64,000 nt of DNA. Origin: Bdellovibrionales bacterium. GTDB lineage: Bacteria; Bdellovibrionota; Bdellovibrionia; Bdellovibrionales; JAUICD01. This document shows, one piece after another, positions 31,510-41,072 of the stretch. The stretch is from NCBI GenBank assembly GCA_965203275.1, contig OZ241865.1, positions 1,440,001 to 1,504,000 on the forward strand. The letters are read 5' to 3'. The translations under genes and the position numbers were made by a program. The first letter of the stretch is position 1. Each line of letters starts with the position of its first letter. The notes beneath the pieces are model-generated. The model saw only the letters and a program-made list of their open reading frames with translations, did no database searches and was not told the DNA's origin.

Positions 31510-32010
31510 GTGACACTATATTTCATGCATATTGATATTCAAAAAAGCTTTCCTTTGTTTCATATAGTATTGGTAGAGCCTGAAATCCCTGGTAATACGG
31601 GGAATATTGGTAGAACTTGCGTAGGGATGAACTGCCTACTTCATATTGTAGGTCAACCTTCATTTGAGATCAGTGATAAGATGGCACGGAGGGCAGGGTT
31701 AGATTATTGGCCTTATTTAAAGATTTTAAGGCATGAGTCTTTTGCAGATTTTGAAGATTACATTGGTGGCACATCTCGCATGTTTTTATTATCTACAAAA
31801 GCTCATGTTTCTATTTTTGATACTTCTTTGCAACATGGAGATTATTTTGTATTTGGTAAAGAGACCAAAGGTTTAAGTCAAGATATTTTGGATAAATATC
31901 CCAAGCAAATGATAGGATTGCCCATGTTTGGACCTATCCGCAGTCATAATTTAGCTAATGCTGTCACAGCAGTTGTTTATGAAGCCACTCGACAAATCAC
32001 ACTAGTTTAA
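31510..32010 (+). CDS. trmL: tRNA (cytidine/uridine-2'-O)-methyltransferase
   Basis: EPEIPGNTGNIGRTC, RRAGLDYW, FGKETKGL. Confidence 0.92.
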   Translation: MTLYFMHIDIQKSFPLFHIVLVEPEIPGNTGNIGRTCVGMNCLLHIVGQPSFEISDKMARRAGLDYWPYLKILRHESFADFEDYIGGTSRMFLLSTKAHVSIFDTSLQHGDYFVFGKETKGLSQDILDKYPKQMIGLPMFGPIRSHNLANAVTAVVYEATRQITLV

Positions 32011-32150
32011 ATTTGATCTATTTGCTGGTTCATCCTTTATTTATTCTTTCAGTTTTTAGGAGACTTAAAGCTTTAGTTTTTGGTAGCTCTCACACCAACT
32101 AAAGAATTTGAATTTATTCATCTTATGGTTTTTACATTCTTTTTCTAAAT

Positions 32151-32370
32151 CCTGAGTTTGACAGTCGATTTGCAGATATGGGCATCTTTTTTTTAAGAAT
32201 GCTTTATTTATAGATATTAAAGGTTTGCAAGCCTTAATTTTTTGAATTTCGTCAGAATTTGTAGTGAAACAAAATTCGAATGCAGTGTGCTAGAAAGTTA
32301 TTTTTCTTGATTTTTTGTATTTTTATTCTAGTATATTCTTATGTTTATAAAGAAAACAAAAAAAACACTT
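32151..32370 (+). mobile_element. IS1634-like left end with a transposase start stub
   Basis: CCTGAGTTTGACAG terminus; ATG at 32341 reading MFIKKTKK, then truncated. Confidence 0.5.
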
Positions 32371-32380
32371 TCATAAAACA

Positions 32381-32427
32381 TTACACTTTTTGTCATAATT
32401 GACAAAAAGTGTAAAAAATGCTACTAT
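32381..32427 (+). promoter_or_regulatory. Sigma70 promoter overlapped by a perfect 15-bp inverted repeat
   Basis: ttacactttttgtca-taat-tgacaaaaagtgtaa; TTGACA-N17-TACTAT with an extended TG. Confidence 0.6.
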
Positions 32428-32478
32428 AGAGTAAAAGTAAGGCAAATTAAAAAGAGAAAAACAAAAACGGGGTGCATT

Positions 32479-32865
32479 ATGGAATTTTTAGAAATTATCG
32501 GCATTATTGCCGGAATTTTTGTGGGTATTTTTTTACTAGGTTATTATTATCCAAACAAAGAAAGGTTTCAAAATTTGAGCGAAAGAATAAAGGCGGTAGA
32601 GTTACACGTAACAAATCATATCCCTTCACAAATTAAGGAAGTTAAAGAAGAAATTAAGGAAGTTAAAGCAGAAGTTAAGGATGTTAAAGAAGAAATTAAG
32701 GAAGTTAAAACAGAAGTTAAGGATATTAAAACAGAAGTTAAAACAGAAGTTAAGGATATTAAAACAGAAGTTAAAGCGGAAGTTAAGGATGTTAAGGAAC
32801 AAATAAAAAACAGCCAAGAAAATATAATAGAAAGGATCCTGAATAATAACAAAAGGAGTACTTAA
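32479..32865 (+). CDS. Small TM + coiled-coil protein (NH[IL]P family)
   Basis: TM helix, VTNHIPSQ, (EVK/DIK) repeats. Confidence 0.75.
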   Translation: MEFLEIIGIIAGIFVGIFLLGYYYPNKERFQNLSERIKAVELHVTNHIPSQIKEVKEEIKEVKAEVKDVKEEIKEVKTEVKDIKTEVKTEVKDIKTEVKAEVKDVKEQIKNSQENIIERILNNNKRST

Positions 32866-32871
32866 GTAATT

Positions 32872-33440
32872 CCTGAGTTTGACAGTTGAAAAAATAAAGT
32901 TGAGTAAAATCAGTAGGTTATGAGTCGAAAGAGATTTTGTGCCACTAGGTTTTTGTTTTTGTGGCAGAATTTTGGAAAATCTATTAAATTTTAAGATTGA
33001 GATTGTGATGATTCTACTTTTAATTGTTTTGCTGGTATTTTAACTCCTATTGCTTTAAATACATCTGTTGCATAACCTGTGATATCTGTTCTCATCCACA
33101 GGGTCTTATCTTTTAATGTAACTGGCACTGCTCTGACTTCTTTTAACTTTAACATTGCTTCTGAAACACTCAATTGCCTTGGTTGTTTATTCTGACCTGT
33201 CATTAATTCTTCTCTACATTTAATACCTTTTTCATAAAGCTTCTTGCTTAAATAAGCTTCACAAAGATATGATATAAAACATAATACCAAATGACCTAAT
33301 ATCCTCTTGTCTGTCCAATGAAACATCGGACGAGTTTTGAGAAAACCTTTTATATCTCTAAATGCTTTCTCTACTTTCCAAAGATGTTTATAATTTAATA
33401 TAAGCTCCTTTGTTCCAAAGTCTTTAGTTTCTTGAATTTG
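32872..33440 (-). mobile_element. IS1634-family 3' remnant with its right end
   Basis: YKHLWKVEKAFRDIKG.LKTRPMFHW..RILGHLVLCFISY; terminal CTGTCAAACTCAGG. Confidence 0.8.
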
Positions 33441-34205
33441 ATGTATGCATAAGAAAAGGCTTTGAAATAAGTTTCTTGTCTCTAGTATAAAGTCATTAAG
33501 CCTTACATGGTCTTTTTTGTGCAAATAATAGTTAAACCCATAAGGTTCTTTTAGTAGCATCTTTAAATTATGATAGTCTTTTACATCCTTTTTTTCACAC
33601 ACATCTAAAAATTGAGATATTGTCATTTGATTTATATCATTTGAAGGCCCACTTGTTTTTTTGCAGACATCCAACAGTTGAGGGTCTATACTAGTCAAAC
33701 GAGGGTCTATACTAGTCAAAAACTTTACCAAGTTGGCCACTTCGTCTTTGTGTGGTCTATAATCAAGTATTTCACCTTTAAAAAGACTTTCTTTTAATTC
33801 TTCTCCTACATCTTTCAATATTGATAAAATCTCTTTTTCATCTATAGTCTCTTTTGGTTTTTTTTTATCAACTTGTCTCAAATGGCCATAGAAATTGCGA
33901 ATAGCCCTCATCTTTTCCATCTTTTCAAGAGTTTTGTCATTTATAAAAAAGTCTTCTTTTTTTATTTTTTTTAGAAGCTCATATAGGTCTATAAACAATT
34001 TCTCACGAGCATATTTCTCAACTAAAAGATATGTACACTCATTATCTGCCTTATCAAAGTTTATTTTTTTATCAATAATTCTGCTTTTCTCTTTTAAGTA
34101 ATCAAGAAAAAATTTTATAAGCTTGTTTAATTCAAAAAAACAATCCCGGGCCTTTTCAGCATTTATCATTTTATAATTGTTTTTATTGTCTTTTGAATTT
34201 GTCAT
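32991..34205 (-). CDS. Chimeric ORF: HEPN-like N-terminus fused in frame to an IS1634 transposase C-terminus
   Basis: RNFYGH (Rx4H) in a helical N-half; IS1634 motifs in the last ~150 aa. Confidence 0.6.
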   Translation of the reverse strand: MTNSKDNKNNYKMINAEKARDCFFELNKLIKFFLDYLKEKSRIIDKKINFDKADNECTYLLVEKYAREKLFIDLYELLKKIKKEDFFINDKTLEKMEKMRAIRNFYGHLRQVDKKKPKETIDEKEILSILKDVGEELKESLFKGEILDYRPHKDEVANLVKFLTSIDPRLTSIDPQLLDVCKKTSGPSNDINQMTISQFLDVCEKKDVKDYHNLKMLLKEPYGFNYYLHKKDHVRLNDFILETRNLFQSLFLCIHQIQETKDFGTKELILNYKHLWKVEKAFRDIKGFLKTRPMFHWTDKRILGHLVLCFISYLCEAYLSKKLYEKGIKCREELMTGQNKQPRQLSVSEAMLKLKEVRAVPVTLKDKTLWMRTDITGYATDVFKAIGVKIPAKQLKVESSQSQS

Positions 34206-34258
34206 ATTCCACGTCCTTTCTTTGTTAATTAATTGATTAATTTAAATACCTAAAGAAA

Positions 34259-34285
34259 CTATCGGTATGACTTTGGTCTGACTTA
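34259..34285 (-). promoter_or_regulatory. Sigma28-like promoter for 32991..34205
   Basis: TAAG-N15-ACCGATAG. Confidence 0.55.
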
Positions 34286-34295
34286 ATGATTTATT

Positions 34296-35695
34296 GAGCA
34301 TGTCCTATAATTCGGTGAATTTTTCTTAGAGAAGATGTTAAGATAGAAGGCTCCTGGTTGGCATATTTCAGCCAACCAAATTTTATTAACAATTAACTTT
34401 TAAAAATAAAAAGAAAGGAGCCATTATGAAGTGTACCAAAAATAGTCATTCATTTCAAGTTTCAGCCAATACTTTGTCAGAAATTCGTCAGATTGTAGAG
34501 GATGAGATCAAGTCATCTATTCTTTGTTCGGTCTATGGTTTTTTTGAAGCAGAGCTATTAGAGCTTTGCGGTGAGCGTTATGGTCGTCATAGAGATACAC
34601 CATATCATAGAGCTGGTAGTGATAAAGGTAGCATACTTGCAGGTGGTCAAAAGTTGCAGGTTAGGAAGCCTCGTGTTAAGCAGTCAGGTCGTGAAGTGAG
34701 GCTTAAGATCTATTCAGCCCTTCAACACTATGACATACTCAGTGATCGTGTTTTAAAACATGCCATGAGTGGAGTTTCATCACGGAATTACAATCATCTT
34801 TTAGATGATATTTCAGGAGGGCTTAAACTTTCTAGGAGTAGTGTGAGTAGAGTTTTTAATAAGTCATCTAAACAAGCCCTTGAGTCGATTAACAATCGTG
34901 ATTTAAGTAAGTACAGGTTTCCAGCGATAATGATAGATGGAGTGGGTATTGGTTCTACGCTGGTTATAGTGGCCTTAGGAATCACAGATCAAGGTAAGAA
35001 GGTTATATTAGGTCTTAAAGAAGGCAATACAGAGAGTTGGGAAGTTTGCCGTGATCTTCTGGAGGGACTTATAGGTCGTGGTCTTGATAAAGAGAAGGGT
35101 TATCTTTTTGTGATTGATGGTAGCAAAGCATTAAGGAAGGGAATAGATAGAGTATTTTCAGGTCGTTCAGTAGTTCAGCGTTGTATTCAGCATAAAGAGA
35201 GAAATATTCTGAGTTGCTTACCTCCAAGTCGTCACATAGAGTTTAAGAGTCGTTGGAAGAAGTTACATGGTATGCCAGATGAGTTGTCATCGAAGTTAGA
35301 GCATGAGTCTTTATTAAGCTGGTTAAAGCGGGTCAATCATTCAGCATTCACATCTTTAAAAGAGGCAGAGATGGAGACACTGACAACGATCAAGCTTGGA
35401 GTTTCATTACTTTTAAGGAGGTCATTATCATCGACAAATCCTATTGAGTCTGTTTTTTCAGTTGTGAGGGAAAAAGTTCGGAGGGTAAAGAATTGGAGTT
35501 CTTCTTCAGATCAAGTTTTAAGATGGTCTGCTGTGAGTCTATTGGAAGCAGAAAAACATTTCAAAAGCATTAAAGGATTTAAAGATTTAGAACAATTAGA
35601 ACAAAGTTTAAAAAAAATTATTATTGACAAAAAGAAAAAACAATTAAAAACTAATTTATGAGCCGTCTATTTTCACCGATATCAGGGACAAGCTC
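34296..35695 (+). mobile_element. Complete IS256-family element (1400 bp) with 8-bp target duplication
   Basis: Imperfect TIRs GAGCATGTCC...TCGGTGAA / GAGCTTGTCC...TCGGTGAA; GATTTATT at 34288-34295 and 35696-35703. Confidence 0.92.
34426..35661 (+). CDS. IS256-family DDE transposase
   Basis: GVSSR, IMIDG, VIDGSKAL, QRCIQHKERN, STNPIES. Confidence 0.92.
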   Translation: MKCTKNSHSFQVSANTLSEIRQIVEDEIKSSILCSVYGFFEAELLELCGERYGRHRDTPYHRAGSDKGSILAGGQKLQVRKPRVKQSGREVRLKIYSALQHYDILSDRVLKHAMSGVSSRNYNHLLDDISGGLKLSRSSVSRVFNKSSKQALESINNRDLSKYRFPAIMIDGVGIGSTLVIVALGITDQGKKVILGLKEGNTESWEVCRDLLEGLIGRGLDKEKGYLFVIDGSKALRKGIDRVFSGRSVVQRCIQHKERNILSCLPPSRHIEFKSRWKKLHGMPDELSSKLEHESLLSWLKRVNHSAFTSLKEAEMETLTTIKLGVSLLLRRSLSSTNPIESVFSVVREKVRRVKNWSSSSDQVLRWSAVSLLEAEKHFKSIKGFKDLEQLEQSLKKIIIDKKKKQLKTNL

Positions 35696-35747
35696 GATTT
35701 ATTTGATAAAAAAAGATTCTCACTTTGAGACAAATATAGAATTGGTA

Positions 35748-36242
35748 TTATTCTGTAGCCCCGGCTTCTTTTAATAGCCTTATAATATCTTCTCTACCTC
35801 TAGCATGATTTAAAGCGGTAAGTCCGGTGTAGTCTTGAACATTGACATCAGCACCAGCCGCTAGCAATAATTTTACAATTTCAATATGACCTTTCCAACT
35901 TGCATCCATTAAAGCCGTCTCTCTATGTATTGTCATTCCATTAACGTCAGCTCCGGCCGCTAGCAATAACCTTACAATCTCTATAGATTGATACCGAAAA
36001 ATAGCCATCATTAAGGTCGTATGGTTTTCAAAAGAGGGACCATCAGAAAAAATATGGTTTACATTAGCTCCGGCCGCTAGCAATAGCTTTACAATCTCAA
36101 GGTATATTGGTTGGTCAGTATTATTAAAATATTCCATAGCATAATTTAAAGCCGTCCAGCCACTATTGTCTTGAATATCAGTATTAGCATCGGCCTCTAG
36201 CAACAGTTTTACAATCTCTATATGATTATTCTCACTAGCCAA
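35748..36242 (-). pseudogene. Ankyrin-repeat protein, probably 5'-truncated
   Basis: Several ankyrin repeats (GWTALNYA, ETALMDAS); the TTG start falls mid-repeat. Confidence 0.7.
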
Positions 36243-36280
36243 CTCACAATAGTTTAAATTTGTTAAAGGTTATAAAAAAA

Positions 36281-36603
36281 CTAAGCTACTTTGCGAAGTT
36301 TGTTTGGTTTTTTGTGTTTTTTTGCCTTCTTTTGTTTTGCTTTGGTTTTTGGAGTGATATCTTTTTCAACCTTGTTTTGTTCCAGTGTTTCTCTACTTGA
36401 GAGGAAAGAGCTTATAGTATGAGGAGTTTCTTTCACTGTATTTTTTATGCGTTTCATTACTTTTTTGTTCTCATGTAGGGGTGTCACCTTGTTAAGATCT
36501 CCTTTTGTTCTTGCACCTTCTTTTACACCTTCATCGTAGATAATGTGTGCTATTTTGCAGGCACATACTGTCCCGAGGCTAATGGTAATAGTGGTAATGG
36601 CAT
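36281..36603 (-). pseudogene. Frameshifted small basic protein
   Basis: AAGGAGG-ATG at 36603 (MPLPLLPLA) is one base out of frame with the open frame continuing into 36281..36487. Confidence 0.5.
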
Positions 36604-36670
36604 AATAAACCTCCTTATGGTTTTTATGGTTTTGGTTAATATGGTTTTAGTTAATAAAATTAAATTAATT

Positions 36671-36703
36671 AAAAAAAAACATAGGGACCGTTAAGCCCCT
36701 ATG
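36671..36703 (-). terminator. Intrinsic terminator of the pilin gene
   Basis: cataggg...ccctatg stem followed by T9 on the minus strand. Confidence 0.75.
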
Positions 36704-36739
36704 CATAATTAATTGTACACTGTTTAAAAAGTTATGTAA

Positions 36740-37522
36740 TTAAAGCCCTGATTCTGTATTTACAAGTTGCTTATCTTCGTTTATTGTCCATTGATCTAAG
36801 TTAGATGTACCAGTAGAACCATCAATAACACCAGTTGCTCCAATTTGAAATTGAACGTTCCTAATACCTGTGTTTTGAACTCCTCCTCCCCTAGCTGTTG
36901 TACAAGCTTGAGCATTATTACTACTTGTATTACAACCAGAAGTGACTCCACTCGCTGCACATTTGACAGTATTAGTGGAGTTATATGTTGCACTACAAGA
37001 ACAGCCATCATTGGCTTGAGCTACACTTAAACAAGTTCCTTGTATTGCCATACTAGTTTTTAAAGTACCCACAGCAGGTGAAGTATAAGCCATATCATGG
37101 CCTAAAAACGTGTGTGAGTTGATGTTATTATCATCTGACGGCAAAGGGCCTCTATAACCAGTTGCTCTTTGATTTTCATCATTAATCGTAACTGTTAGTT
37201 CGTCTCTATCGTTATCATGCCATCCAACAACATAATAGCTCGCTTCCCCTTTTTGAGCATATCCTAATAATTCTAAATTAGTAGTTCCATAACCCCATTC
37301 GTTTATAAATGTGGTTTGAGAAGTAAACAAAGAACCAAGTTTTGCTCTTGCCTCTGTTTGCACTGCTCTTCTTTGAAACTGTTGATAGTTTGGAACTGCT
37401 ATTGCGGCCAGAATTCCAATAATAGCTACGACGACCATTAATTCAATCAATGAAAAGCCTTTTTGGTTTGCTAAGCCAAAAAGCCCTTTCCCTTTTATTA
37501 AATATTTATTAAAAGTATTCAT
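36740..37522 (-). CDS. pilA: Type IV pilin
   Basis: QKG/FSLIELMVVVAIIGILAAIAVPNY prepilin motif; likely start MNTFNK after AGGAG. Confidence 0.85.
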   Translation of the reverse strand: MNTFNKYLIKGKGLFGLANQKGFSLIELMVVVAIIGILAAIAVPNYQQFQRRAVQTEARAKLGSLFTSQTTFINEWGYGTTNLELLGYAQKGEASYYVVGWHDNDRDELTVTINDENQRATGYRGPLPSDDNNINSHTFLGHDMAYTSPAVGTLKTSMAIQGTCLSVAQANDGCSCSATYNSTNTVKCAASGVTSGCNTSSNNAQACTTARGGGVQNTGIRNVQFQIGATGVIDGSTGTSNLDQWTINEDKQLVNTESGL

Positions 37523-37558
37523 GATTACGTTCTCCTTTAATTTTAAAGTTGTTCGTTC

Positions 37559-37831
37559 CACTCAAAGTGAACAGGCTTTTGAGACAATGACCACTTTGTC
37601 AAAGGCGAAAAAAGTGAAATAAATATCTTGTTTCCTTAACTTCCTGTAAAGAAACAGGAGGATTCTTCCTACTAAAAATAAACGGATTTTTGAGGCAATC
37701 AGCCTTTGATCGACGGCGGTAGCCGTCGGGCTGATTGCCCAAAAACAGCCAGAGGCTGGTTTATTTTTAGTGAGACAAAATGCGGTCATTGTCCAAAAGT
37801 GGCCAGAGGCCAGTTCACTTTGAGTGAAACA
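37559..37831 (+). repeat. Nested pair of palindromic elements upstream of the pilin gene
   Basis: Outer stem CAAAGTGAAC/GTTCACTTTG enclosing an inner AAAAATAAAC/GTTTATTTTT unit. Confidence 0.9.
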
Positions 37832-37858
37832 ATGTTTACAATTGTTAGATTTGCTAAG

Positions 37859-37873
37859 GCAATTTCATTGCCA
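37859..37873 (-). promoter_or_regulatory. Sigma54 (-24/-12) promoter for the pilin gene
   Basis: TGGCAA-N5-TTGC on the minus strand; TGTATCA-N3-(T/A)GA..CA sites 80-125 bp upstream. Confidence 0.6.
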
Positions 37874-37968
37874 TCTAACACAATTCTTATCGTTTATTAT
37901 GACATAAAACTTCATATCTTTTTTAAAAAAATCAAAAAAAAGTAACTTTTTGTATCAAAAAGAATCAC

Positions 37969-38001
37969 TTTTTAAAATTTTTGTATCATCTTGAAACACT
38001 T
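37969..38001. repeat. 33-bp direct repeat, left of Zorya
   Basis: tttttaaaatttttgtatcatcttgaaacactt, identical to 45633-45665. Confidence 0.85.
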
Positions 38002-38167
38002 AACAAGCTTAAAGATATAAGATCAGAGAAATAAATTGGGAAACAAGTTTATTTTTTAATGCTAGGTTCAAAAATTATTGAACTCAAAACTGAAATAAAG
38101 TCTTTAGAAAAAATCAAAATGAACCGATTCAATTTATAATTTAGATAGAAAAAAGAAAGGATCGAAC

Positions 38168-40315
38168 ATGGATAAGATAATGGAGCTTAATAAAAATTTA
38201 TGGGAAAATGCAAATGAATTACTTGTATCTTTAGATATTAATCTTGTGATGACAGTATTTGTGATCTTGATATTTGGTTATTTTCTATACCATCTTGTTG
38301 AAATGTATAGAAGTACAAATACAATTGAGAAAGACCTAAAAGATGTTAATAATTTAATGGAACAATGTATAGGAAAGGATCGCAATCAATTTTATAGTAG
38401 AATGGTTACAGAATTTGATAAGATCAATAGTAAGTTAGAATCCAATGCATCCTTAAAACATAAATGGCATGAATTTAAAGAGCATATTATCTTTCTTTCT
38501 GATGAAGAATCGTCTCAATCTGATACAAATACACTTAAAATAAAAAATTCTATTCAACCTGATTTTTTCTTCCATGAAGAAGTTTTTTTAGAAGGTACAA
38601 ATGCAGATTTAAGATATTTGGATTCTATTCCAGGTAAGCTGACAAGCTTAGGGATTTTAGGTACATTTATAGGGCTTAGTATTGGTATCGCTGGGGCTAT
38701 GGTTGATGTCTCAGGAAATGCTATAACAATTGAATCATTAATTCCGCTTTTAAAAGGGGCAAGCTTAGCATTTATGACATCAGTGCTAGGGGTATTTTTA
38801 ACTATTATCTTCTCACATATTGAGAAAAGAAAAATCAAATCTATCCGCATTGAATTAAAAAAGTTTGTAGATTATTTAGAAAAGTCATTTAAATTAATCA
38901 CAACTGAACAGATCATATCAGAAGTGCATTTAAGTATTCAAGAACAAAATAAAAAGTTTGATGGTTTTAGCAATGAGCTAGCCGTAGCAATAGGAAACAC
39001 TTTAAAAGATCCACTGACAAAAGGCATCTCTCAAATTGTTGATGGGATGTCTTCTTTAAAATCTGCACAACAAAATATCAGCAATGACCTCATTGGTCAG
39101 TTAAGTGAGAAGCTTTCTGGAGGTTTATCTTCTCAGGTTCAAAAAGCTCAAGAACAAGCCGGTCAAACCTTGCATAACATACAAGGCATTTTCCAAGATC
39201 AGTCTCAACACATTATAACATCTCAAAATGAAATGATGGAAAAAACAAATCAAATGATGGCAAATATCTCTCATACCATTCAAGAACAACAAAAATTTAT
39301 GAAACATCAATCTGAAAAATCTGCTCATCATTTAGCTTCATCTCAAGAGCAAATCATTGCAACTACAAAACAAATGGTCAGTGATATTATCAATGCCACA
39401 GAAAGCCAGCAGAAAAATCTAATGGAACAAACTCAAGATTCAACCCATCAATTGATAGCTTCTCAAGATAAATTTGTTCACCTTCAAAATGATGTTCATA
39501 CAAAAGCAAAAGAAAACATAGCAGAACTTTTCAAAGCATCTCAAGATCAACAAAAATACATAGCAGAGCAAACTACAAACTCTGCAAGACACTTTGTTCA
39601 ATCTCAAAATAAGATGATAGAAAAAACAAATCAAATGATCACAAATATATCAGAGACGATTCAAGAACAAAGACATCAAATAACAGATCAAAATAAAAAA
39701 TCAACAGAGTCTTTTATAAAATCTGCACAAGAAGTTCTTTTTGAATTTTCTAAAGCATCTCAAGACCAACAGATACAATTTAAAAACCAAATAGCAAAAC
39801 ATTTAGAAGTATTTTCTACCATGGTAGAAAAAATCAAAGAAGCCTCGTATACTTTAATCCCACTTTTAAAACAGCTCCATAATAATCTTGATCAAAATAA
39901 AAATATTACAGAAGATAACAAGCATCTTATTGAAAAACAAAAAGAGCTTATTGCACATTTTAAAGATTGCTCAAATCAAATAAGTCGTTCAAGCCAGGAA
40001 CTCAATCAAGCAGGAGATTCTATTATGGAGGCTTCTAAATTTATAAAAGAAATACCTCATCAAATGCAAGAAACCAATCGCAACCTTGAAGCTGTTTGGA
40101 GTGATTATCAATCTCGTTTTGAAGGTGTAGATGAAAAACTAATTCGCACTTTTAACATATTTAAAGATGGTGCAAGTACTTATCAGAATGCTGTCGATGA
40201 ACATGTAAAAAATATAACAGCAGAATATAGCAAAGCCATTAATATTTTAGCAGATCAGTTAGAAGAATTAAGTGACATTCTTGATATAAGAAAGAACAAA
40301 GATTATGCTGCTTAA
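38168..40315 (+). CDS. zorA: Zorya ZorA (MotA-like with long tail)
   Basis: IPGKLTSLGILGTFIGL, AFMTSVLG, long Gln-rich coiled tail. Confidence 0.9.
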   Translation: MDKIMELNKNLWENANELLVSLDINLVMTVFVILIFGYFLYHLVEMYRSTNTIEKDLKDVNNLMEQCIGKDRNQFYSRMVTEFDKINSKLESNASLKHKWHEFKEHIIFLSDEESSQSDTNTLKIKNSIQPDFFFHEEVFLEGTNADLRYLDSIPGKLTSLGILGTFIGLSIGIAGAMVDVSGNAITIESLIPLLKGASLAFMTSVLGVFLTIIFSHIEKRKIKSIRIELKKFVDYLEKSFKLITTEQIISEVHLSIQEQNKKFDGFSNELAVAIGNTLKDPLTKGISQIVDGMSSLKSAQQNISNDLIGQLSEKLSGGLSSQVQKAQEQAGQTLHNIQGIFQDQSQHIITSQNEMMEKTNQMMANISHTIQEQQKFMKHQSEKSAHHLASSQEQIIATTKQMVSDIINATESQQKNLMEQTQDSTHQLIASQDKFVHLQNDVHTKAKENIAELFKASQDQQKYIAEQTTNSARHFVQSQNKMIEKTNQMITNISETIQEQRHQITDQNKKSTESFIKSAQEVLFEFSKASQDQQIQFKNQIAKHLEVFSTMVEKIKEASYTLIPLLKQLHNNLDQNKNITEDNKHLIEKQKELIAHFKDCSNQISRSSQELNQAGDSIMEASKFIKEIPHQMQETNRNLEAVWSDYQSRFEGVDEKLIRTFNIFKDGASTYQNAVDEHVKNITAEYSKAINILADQLEELSDILDIRKNKDYAA

Positions 40316-41069
40316 AAAAAAAGAACGAACTTCATATAATAACTCTCATGCACAGTTATCTATCAGTGACCTGATGTCTGGCTTGGTGTTTATTTTTATC
40401 ATTATTATTGTTATATTTGCCATACAATTAGATCAAACCAATAAACAAAAAATTCAAGCACTAAATGAACATAAAGAAACCAGTGATGCTCTTGAAGACA
40501 TATTAAAAAACATTCAAAAAAATTTTAAAGAAGAAGAAAATATACAAATAGAAGTGGATCTCGAAAATAAAATATTGCATTTACCGACAGATGTATTGTT
40601 TGAAAGTGGAAAATATACCCTTAATGAAGCAAAAGGTATTCCTATAGTTGAACGTCTGGGATGGCTTTTTAAAAAATATCTTGATTGTTCTGATCAAAAT
40701 CAAAATAAAAATCAAAATAAAATATGTGATGGCGATAAATTAAAATTAGAAACAATATTTATTGAAGGTCACTCTGATGATGTTCCACTAGGCTATAAAT
40801 TAAAACTGATTATAGGGTCAAATCTCAACCTTTCAGTTCAAAGAGCTATTCATACCAATAATGAGATGAAAGATCATATTCAATATCTTAAAAATTATCA
40901 AGGGGATTACTTATTCAGTGTTGTAGGTTATGGTGAAAAAAGACCTCTAACAAAAAAGCCAATTAATTTTAAGAACCTCCCTTTTAAAAAACAAGAAGAA
41001 TATCACAAAAAAAATAGAAGAATTGATTTAAGATTTTTAGTGGGTATCCCAAAAATATTAAGGAATTAA
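40305..41069 (+). CDS. zorB: Zorya ZorB (MotB/OmpA-like)
   Basis: SISDLMSGLVFIF, IEGHSD, NLSVQRA, NRRIDLRF. Confidence 0.9.
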   Translation: MLLKKKERTSYNNSHAQLSISDLMSGLVFIFIIIIVIFAIQLDQTNKQKIQALNEHKETSDALEDILKNIQKNFKEEENIQIEVDLENKILHLPTDVLFESGKYTLNEAKGIPIVERLGWLFKKYLDCSDQNQNKNQNKICDGDKLKLETIFIEGHSDDVPLGYKLKLIIGSNLNLSVQRAIHTNNEMKDHIQYLKNYQGDYLFSVVGYGEKRPLTKKPINFKNLPFKKQEEYHKKNRRIDLRFLVGIPKILRN

Positions 41070-41072
41070 GTT

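Noticed and set aside
37562..37945. ORFs within palindromic repeats (also 16963, 60684, 60691)
   Set aside because: Translations of repeat DNA; frames are not conserved between copies
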